Of a DNA stretch of 64,000 bases, positions 55,692 through 64,000 are shown in pieces. The notes under the pieces are model-generated. The model had not been told where the DNA came from. It ran no database searches and saw only the letters and a program-made list of their open reading frames with translations. Positions within the stretch are counted from its first letter, which is position 1; the number at the start of each line of letters is the position of its first letter. The DNA is taken from NCBI RefSeq assembly GCF_006345805.1, contig NC_043000.1, forward strand, positions 102,486,001-102,550,000, read 5' to 3'. Both the position numbers and the translations under genes were made by a program. Origin of the DNA: Octopus sinensis (taxonomy: Eukaryota).

Positions 55692-56362
55692 TTTTCATCA
55701 AACTTACAAGTTAATTCGCAATCATGAAGATCAGAGTTTCATGTTCCAGCATTCGAGATATGGAGTAAAATAACGCATTTTGAAACTGCAGCGTCTGGTT
55801 TCGGATTAGTATTACTAATATTACCTCACTTTGATTTTCATTACATACATTTCCAGGACACACAGGAACAATAATATATTACTCGTCAATAGCTGTTTCT
55901 TCTCTCTCGCGATGACCACTTAGTCATTTTCGTCCACGTTAGCTCTTTTAGCCGTTCTCTCTCTCTCCCTTTCTCTCTTTGCCTTTCTCTCGTTTACACA
56001 GCCACTGGCTCTTTCTTTTCTTTTCTCTGCATTTCCCTTTCTGTCTCTTTCTCTTGATTTATCTATTCTCATTGACACTTACTCTTCCTTCCCACTTTTA
56101 TTATCATTTTATTCCTCTTGCACGTTTTCTCTGTCCAACGCCTTCCTTGTACCTTAACAGCCGCTGCGGTCTGACCCATCTTAACGTTCCTTTTCTTAAT
56201 GCTGTCTTTACAATCACTGGTGCATCCAGGGGAACAGTTCCATAAGATTAAAACATTTGGTTCTTAATCTATGATGATTCTGGGTCCCATAGCTGACGAG
56301 AGGTGTTCGATATTTAATTCTCCTTTTCTGTTGATCTTTTCCCCGTCTCACTTTCATTTTCA

Positions 56363-56380
56363 GTGTGTGTGTGTGTGTGT

Positions 56381-56419
<39 letters not shown>

Positions 56420-56428
56420 GCGTGTGTA

Positions 56429-56508
<80 letters not shown>

Positions 56509-56560
56509 CATGCGTGTGTGTACATACGTATGTGTGTGTGTCTGTGCATGTATGTGTGCG
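56363..56560. repeat. (TG)n microsatellite
   Basis: Seen directly. Confidence 0.95.
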
Positions 56561-57258
56561 TATTGAGTTTGAAAGAAAATAAAATAGATACAGTGTAAAT
56601 GTCACAACCTGGTAAAGGAATTACGGGAATTTTATGTAATATATTTATAATACTATTATCTTGCATTAAGTATTAACATCGTTCGTCGCTCAACTACGAT
56701 CTTCTCACTGCTACTCTGAAGCATGGAGAGAAATGAGCTTCGCAAGGCTAACTTATCCATAATTTCATTCGATTGGTCAGCCATAAAAATCCCCAGACAA
56801 GAATATAGATATTTCAGAGAAAGCAGCTGTAATAATAATATACATCAGAAATAAAATTGTTATCTTGTAATAATTACACAATATAAATAAAGTTGTTATG
56901 ACATGCGCCGAAGTGTAAACAATAAGGTCAAATTAACCAATGAAAGTCACGCGGCTCACGACGGTTGATTAGTTTTAGTTTGATGAGTTTAATGAAGATT
57001 GTCTATTTAAATCTTAGGTTAGCGACATCTCTGTCAGTAGCTTTGATCGTGGCTACGACCGTCTTGTTAAGGCATTTACTATGCGTTTATATATAGATGT
57101 TTGTTGGTGCGGAATTGCAGAGAATAAATAGTTCTACTGGCATAGATAGAATTTGCCGTGCTTGTTGCATTTAATGTGTTACATTATATAAGCTCGGAAG
57201 CATGTTTGCGTTGCTGATCAGAGGTCGATAACAATAAATAAATACATAAATAAATAAG

Positions 57259-57289
<31 letters not shown>

Positions 57290-57589
57290 ACGTCCAGGCA
57301 TAATTCGAGTCTATATTAATCCACTATAAACTTCCTCTGACAGATTTTGTGGCTGTTGCAATATAGGAAATCAATCGATATTTTTATATGACGAATAATA
57401 TACTTTCTTTAATCGCCGAAAATTTGAATATAAAATATTTGTTTTCCACCGTAAATTATATGAATTCTTAAAATATTACTCTTAATGTTGCCTTTCTTTT
57501 TTATTTTTGCGGTAAATTTTATTTTTATTTTTTTCTTTCTAATTCCTGTATTCGCACATTAGACTGCTGACTCATACTGTGGTATTGCT

Positions 57590-57745
57590 TCAAATTCCGC
57601 CGAGGTCAACTTTGCCTTTCATCCTTTCGGGGTCGATAAATTAAGTACCAGTTACGCACTGGGGTCGATATAATCGACTTAATACCTATGTCTGTGCTTG
57701 TTTGTCCCCTCTATGTTTAGCCCCTTGTGGGTAATAAAGAAATAG
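57590..57745 (+). mobile_element. SINE family A (B box to tail)
   Basis: ttcaaattccgccgaggtcaactttgcctttcatcc..agccccttgtgggtaataaagaaata. Confidence 0.85.
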
Positions 57746-57775
57746 GTATTGCTTTCACGGGTCTTTGCGAGCACA

Positions 57776-57806
<31 letters not shown>

Positions 57807-57944
57807 CACACACACACACATCTACACGACGGACTACCGTCAAATTACCGTCTACTGCCCAAAGTGTTGTGCTGTAGGATCCAAACCAAAACCACGTGAT
57901 AGTGTAGTCATCTTCTTTACCGCACACAGCCAAATACTCTTTTT

Positions 57945-58425
57945 TTTTTACTCTTTTTACTTGTTTCAGACATTTGACTGCGGCCATGGTGGAGCACCGT
58001 CTTTAATCGAAGAAATTGGCCCTAGGACTTATTCTTTGTAAGCCTAGTACTTATTTTATCGGTCTCTTTTACCGAACCGCTAAGTTACGGGGACGTAAAC
58101 ACACCAGCGTCGGTTGTCAAGCGATGTTGGGAAGCAAACACAGACACACCACACACACACACACAATATATATATATATATATATATATATTTATCTATA
58201 TATATATATATATGATATATAATATATATAATATATATTATATATATATACACACATATATGACGGGCTTCTTTCAGTTTGCGTCTACCAAATCCACTCA
58301 CAAGGGCTTTGGTTGGCCCGAACCTATAGTAGAAAACACTTGCCCAAGGTGCCACGCAGTGGGACTGAACCCGGAACCATGTGGTTGGTAAGCAAGCAAC
58401 TTACCACACAGTCACTCCTGCGCCT
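57945..58425 (-). mobile_element. SINE family B, full length
   Basis: Reverse complement of the 18606-19010 type, with an internal TA/CA tract. Confidence 0.85.
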
Positions 58426-59291
58426 ATATATGTAATTTAAGACTCCAATTAGCGAATCGTAATGAATACGTTTCTCACTATGTTGTAAATGTGACTTTTA
58501 GGAAGAACTGGTGTCAAATATTCAATTAGTTCACAATATCTGAAATATTTCAGAAATATCTGGTTCTACTTCAGTTGTCTACAAATCATCAGTTATGCCA
58601 TGGCTTCAAAAGCTGTTTTATCAATTGTTTGGTGCTTCTGAAATATCTACTCTATACTGAGCGAACAGTTCTATGGTCAAAAGTAATCCAGCTGTAAAAA
58701 CCTTTTCTCGTTCGAGGCACAGTGTGTTCATAAGTTAAAAAAATACAAAGATCTCGGAAAAATCTGACTAACTCTTTCTAACAGGTCGATGTTTAATTTT
58801 GAAAATAGATACGTTGGATTTGGAATAAATATATGCTTCCGGCGCTATAACTAACTTTTACCCAGCTCGCCAGCGATATGCAACACCAGTGATTTGTTAA
58901 TCACAGTTTTTTCTGTATCAGTTAAAGCGAAATCTGTCTAAACATGTGGTTGCCTGTGTATGCTTGCTACTGATAACGCGCAAAGATACAGAGATCCGAA
59001 TTTAGCAATTCAATAGAAGCTGCTGGACGTTTTTCATCTGTTACTGATATTTCTGTGAAACTGAACAGATGCGTGCTGGATCTGTTCAGATTCACTCACA
59101 GATTTTTAATTACTTTTTTTTTAACTAAACAGATTGAAACTTTGTATACTGGTGTAATTTCTCACGCTGAACACGGTTTACTCTCAACATTTTCGACAAA
59201 ATTTCGTATTTTAGAAGTTAGTTCGTGTTGAAGTTGTCGTATTCGTGTTAAAGTTGTCGTGTGACTGTGTGTGTGTGTGGTGTGTGTGTGT

Positions 59292-59327
<36 letters not shown>

Positions 59328-60495
59328 GACAGGAAAGTGAAATTTTAGAAGGATCTGGCTGTTACTCGAAGCAAATCGAGTAACATGTAGATATACACTT
59401 AGAATAATTGTAGCATTTATCTCGTAGGAAATAAAATTGTTTTTCAACCCCCAAACCATTGCAGCATTTTAAAGTAAGATAATATTTTAAAACAATATTA
59501 GCAACGCTGTTTTTTAACTTAGTTACATAGCCTTGACTTTTAGGACAAAGCAATAAAGTTGATTTATATTGTCCCCAATACTTAACTGGTACTTTATTTT
59601 ATCAAATCCTAAAGGATAAAAGGCAAAATTGACCACGGTGGGTTTTGAACTCAGAACCCAAAGGATGTAATTAAATGCTGTAAAGCATTTTTATGATTTT
59701 GTCATATGAAGAGCAGCTATGACCCTTTCCAAGAGTCACTGATTCTTGTGAGCGAAAGAGTTGAAGTTAACTCGAAAGTAGAAATATGGCCCGAATTAAA
59801 AGCACTCAAGAGCCAGATGGTAGTGTTAAGCCAAGCAAAAATTGAAACATCCCTGCGGTGGTTTCCCCAATAATTTTCCACCCGTTAACTGAACGTCACT
59901 CAAAAGGATATAGTGGCGCGAATCTACGACAGATGCTTTTGCTCAAAGTGTCGGGCAACGAGATATCGAACCCAAAAAAACACGTTTTTCCGAAACGAAT
60001 TTCTTAATCATGCGGTCATGCTTACCACTATACTGATTGATTTCCCCCTCTCCAGCCTTTCGTAAATATTCGTAATACTACTAATGTTCTTTCAGTCATC
60101 GCGTGACTGCTGTCGAGTCAAGTTATAAATATATATAGAACTTTTAATAGATTGAGATTGGTTATTGCTAATTAATAGTTCTAAACACATAAAGACAGTT
60201 TAATAGTCTTGAAGCAACATGGTCTGATATGATTGTTAATGAGTCATTTATGTAATGGGCGCACAAATGATTATGTGGTTAATAAGTTTGCTTCACAACC
60301 ATATGGTTCTGGGTTCGATGTCACTGCGCAGCTACTTGAGCAAACAACCTCTACTGTGACCTCGAGTCGAATGTGGTATATGAGAGGTGTGAGAAACGCG
60401 TCTTATAAATATATACTCAAAATAAGCAACAAGAATGACTCCGGTAATTTGGTACGATCGTTTCGTACTACATCATTTTATTAAATGTTGTAAGT

Positions 60496-60584
<89 letters not shown>

Positions 60585-60667
60585 GGTCCGGGTTGATTCG
60601 GGGTTAACCACAGTAAATAAGGTACTCAATACATAGCAGAGTAAAATTAATTTATTATATAGAAGGA

Positions 60668-60716
60668 GCTTCTACAGGACTAGAACTGTTTCATTCAAGA
60701 GAAATCTTCAGGAAGC
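60668..60716 (-). ncRNA. Type I hammerhead ribozyme-like motif (minus copy)
   Basis: GCTTC-CTGAAGA-TTTC-TCTT-GAAT-GAAA-CAG-TTCTAGTC-CTG-TA-GAAGC. Confidence 0.7.
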
Positions 60717-60719
60717 AAT

Positions 60720-60766
60720 CTTCCTGAAGATTTCTCTTGAATGAAACAGTTCTAGTCCTGTAGAAG
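60720..60766 (+). ncRNA. Type I hammerhead ribozyme-like motif (plus copy)
   Basis: CTTC-CTGAAGA-TTTC-TCTT-GAAT-GAAA-CAG-loop-CTG-TA-GAAG, with predicted cleavage after A60762 (GUA). Confidence 0.7.
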
Positions 60767-60885
60767 CTCCTTCTATATAATAAATTAATATATATATATA
60801 TATATATATGTATGTATATATATATATATATGTGTGTGTATGAATATATAATGTGTGTGTGTGTGTATATAATGTGTGTGTGTGA

Positions 60886-60928
60886 CAGAGACTTCGAAGT
60901 TTCTCCTGAGATCACCTTCGTCAGACTG
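60886..60928 (-). ncRNA. HHR-like motif with weak stem II
   Basis: cagt-CTGACGA-aggtgatctcagga-GAAA-CTT-CG-AAG-TC-tctg. Palindromic stem III ACTTCGAAGT and a GUC triplet. Confidence 0.45.
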
Positions 60929-61064
60929 AATTCTTTAGTCTTGGATACTTCTTAAAAGCTTGGATCCGTTGAATGTTTGTTTCTCAAGTTACTGTTTGAA
61001 CAACTTTATAACTGCACATGGAATATACGCATAGATACACACACATACATGCATGCATACACGC

Positions 61065-61114
<50 letters not shown>

Positions 61115-61116
<2 letters not shown>

Positions 61117-61275
61117 CAGGAGTGGTTGTGTGGTAAGTAGCTTGCTTACGAACCACATGGTTCCGAGTTCAGTCCCAAAGCATGGCACCTTGGGCAAGTG
61201 TCTTCTACTATAGCCTCGGGCTGACCAAAGCCTTGTGAGTGGATTTGGTAGACGGAAACTGAAAGAAGCCCGTCG

Positions 61276-61325
<50 letters not shown>

Positions 61326-61510
61326 TTTGTGTGTCTGTGTTAGTCCTACCCACCCCCCACATCACTTGACAACCGATGTTGGTGTGTTTACGTCCCTGTA
61401 TTCTATCGGCAAAATAAACTGATAGAATAAGTACTAAGCTTACAAAGAATAAGTCCTGGGGTCAACTTGTTCGCCTAAAGACGGTGTTCCAGCATAGCCT
61501 GAAACAAATA
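61115..61510 (+). mobile_element. SINE family B
   Basis: Same head, core and tail as 18606-19010. Confidence 0.85.
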
Positions 61511-61532
61511 AAATAATATATATATATATATA

Positions 61533-62745
61533 TATTGGATTGGCAACATTTTCGCCATATTTTGCGAAGACAAGAAAGCTACTGAGGTTCACAAAGAGAT
61601 ATGTGAAGTTTATGGTGTTGATTGCTTAACAGAACGTACATATCAGAAATGGTTTTAAAAGTTCCGCTCTGGAGATTTTTCACTCAAAGGTAACCAACGT
61701 TCTTGCCGACCTATTGAAGTTGAAGTTGACCGAATCAAAGCCATAATTGAATCTAATTGTCATATAACTGTGCGAGAGATTCAAAGAGGATGAATATATC
61801 ACAGACAGCAACTGAAAATCGCTGAAAATATCTTGGACTAATTAAGAAGCTCGATTCTTAGATTCCACAGAAATTGAAAGAAAGGATCTTTTCGGTTTGA
61901 ACGGCAGTTTTTTAAAATAATTTCCACGTAACTAAACACTTTTAAACTTCGTATACTGGTAGAATGTGTTTATAAAACATCTTTTTCTTTTGGCTTTATT
62001 GAGAAAATTCTATAGTTTGTAAAATATTTGTTGGTTTTTTTCTTCAATTTCTGCAATTTCAACCAATCAATGACGTCTATTGAGGTGAAAGCATTCTGTG
62101 CCGTATTAATATGTCCCTCGTTTAAGAAACAGATTGGGTTTATTTACATTTGTGAAGAAAAAAAGATACCCTCCCCTCCACCCCTAAACCTAACCCTAAC
62201 CCTAACTAACACTAAGTCTAAAACAGATTGAAATGCAATAGATCGATACTAGGGTCATAATTATGGGTGACAATTTCATATGACACCGCTAGAAAAAACT
62301 GCCGTTCAAACCGAAAAGACCCGAAAGAAATTCACTTAACACAACGAATCAATATTTGCAATAGGCATCTCATACACAATGAAATCGACCTTTTTTTTTT
62401 TAAACGAATCATCACTGGTGATGAAAAATGGATTGTCTACAATAACATCAATTGAAAACAATCATGGTCCAAGCCTAAAGAACCAGCACAAACCACATCG
62501 AAAGCTGAATTGCACCAAAAAAAAAAAAGGCCATGCTGTTAATCTGGTGAGATTACAAAGGTGTTGTGTATTTTCAGATTCTTCCAAGGAACCAAACGAT
62601 CAATTCAGATGTTTACTATCAACGACTAATGAAACTGGAGGAAGCAATCATAGAAGAACGGCTAGAATTGGCAAATCGTAAAGGAATCGTGTTCCACCAT
62701 GACAACGCTAGACCACACACATCTTTGCTAACTCGTGAAAAATTA
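61533..62745 (+). mobile_element. mariner transposon, decayed and interrupted by a MITE
   Basis: TA + ttggattggcaac TIR-like start, ICEVYG..QKWF..FRSGDFSL, IPQKLKEIHLTQRINIC, KRIITGDEKWIVYNN and GIVFHHDNARPHTS. Confidence 0.85.
61884..62322. mobile_element. MITE with about 30-bp TIRs (GG...CC) and 8-bp TSD (Merlin- or Mutator-like)
   Basis: TIR GG(A/G)TCTTTTCGGTTTGAACGGCAGTTTTTT at both ends, and TSD GAAAGAAA at 61876-61883 and 62323-62330. Confidence 0.9.
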
Positions 62746-63147
62746 TTTAGGTATTTATTCAGTATTCAGTATAAGTGAGACCTATGGAAATGCCACGTTT
62801 TATAAATATTCTTGTTTCTGTTTTGGTGCATAAATTTATAGATGTTCATAATATTGCTTCACTGTGTGAACGATTGCGATTATAGCGTCGATGTCGATCC
62901 ATAGTCAAGCTTGTTTAAAGCATACTCCTCAGAATTGTTTCATAATACAAAAAATTTCGATTATGCCTTCGATATCGTTCCATAGTTTAGACTTACAAAC
63001 TTGACGTAGGAAGTCGTCGTTACAAAACAGAATAAATACGATAGATATTACGATACAAACATAGTTACCGATGCACAATGTTTCTGAGTCATCTGTTATT
63101 TATTATCTCAGCGGTGGTGTTATGTTGTTTTAGATTTATTAAACAAT

Positions 63148-63250
<103 letters not shown>

Positions 63251-64000
63251 ACTGTTGACATTTACCCAGTCTGGCGCCTTGTTAAATGTTTTAAAACATT
63301 CCTTTTCAAACGCACTGTAACAACGAGTTCTGGATTCAACTCTCGATTGTTCGTCCCAGGCTGTGAACGGAGCCTCGGGGTGGTCATTCGAATTGCCAGA
63401 AATAACAGCCAACTCTTCTTCCAATTACACCCAGTTATATAAACGCATATTATTAATGGTTTTAATTATTAATAATTATTAACGCTTCAAATATGAAAGG
63501 AAAACGAGAAAATAAAAAAGTTAGGACATTCTCCTCTAAGGATTCTTTACATTTGAATGGCAGTAAATTATAATATCTTGCTGTGATTGTATCCTTTTTT
63601 TAATTTTCTTTTAGCTTTTCCGTTCGTTTTGCCTATAATTTGTTATGCATATTAATAATTTACGTGTTACGAGATTAAAAAAAAACACATTTGTTAATTT
63701 ATTCCGAGATGCTTTAAGAGTAAAAGGAAAAAATGATGTTTTCCGTGGGTTGAATGTTTTCAATATGTCTGCTTGATTGCCTCTGGCGACGATGACGACA
63801 ACAGCAACATTGACTCCACCCGACCGTTCGAATTGGATCAAGGAGGCATCTTTCTATGAGGTAACTCGGCCTTACAGAAACAGCAGCTAAATCTCTCATA
63901 TATCACAGCAATCTGTTTTCGTAATGAAACAGATTTTATTCGATAAATTGGTGAAAAATTTGTTTTAGAAATAACCTTGAATTAAACAGTCTTCCCACAA

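Larger units (their letters stand above)
60582..60789. mobile_element. PLE-like module: perfect 70-bp inverted repeat plus a 64-nt one-sided tail, inside (AT)n
   Basis: 60646-60715 and 60720-60789 are exact reverse complements around the loop CAAT. Confidence 0.85.

Overview
AT-rich, repeat-saturated animal genomic DNA. The SINE families and microsatellite density resemble Octopus, but that assignment is from recall and was not searched. I could not support any host protein-coding exon, and nearly all ORFs in the track are microsatellite read-throughs. The recognisable coding remnants are all transposon-derived: Tigger/pogo, two mariners, four R4/Dong-type RLE retrotransposon 3' ends plus a possible N-terminus, two Tx1/L1-clade LINEs, three Penelope-like element (PLE) remnants, a near-intact CR1-like RT, RTE fragments and a deleted Ty3/Gypsy element. 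Non-coding elements include a Helitron, MITEs and many tRNA-headed SINEs. The most interesting signal is about ten type I hammerhead-ribozyme (HHR)-like motifs in short non-coding PLE-like modules, most beside (AT)n or (TG)n tracts. Two modules are head-to-head inverted pairs, one a perfect 70-bp hairpin with an intact-looking HHR on each strand. Other notable points: a SINE 3' tail shared with the Tx1 LINE 3' UTR, a 58-bp templated insertion copied from a nearby SINE into a LINE RT, a tandem stack of three different Dong 3' ends, and nested insertions with visible target-site duplications (TSDs). Boundaries of decayed elements are approximate.
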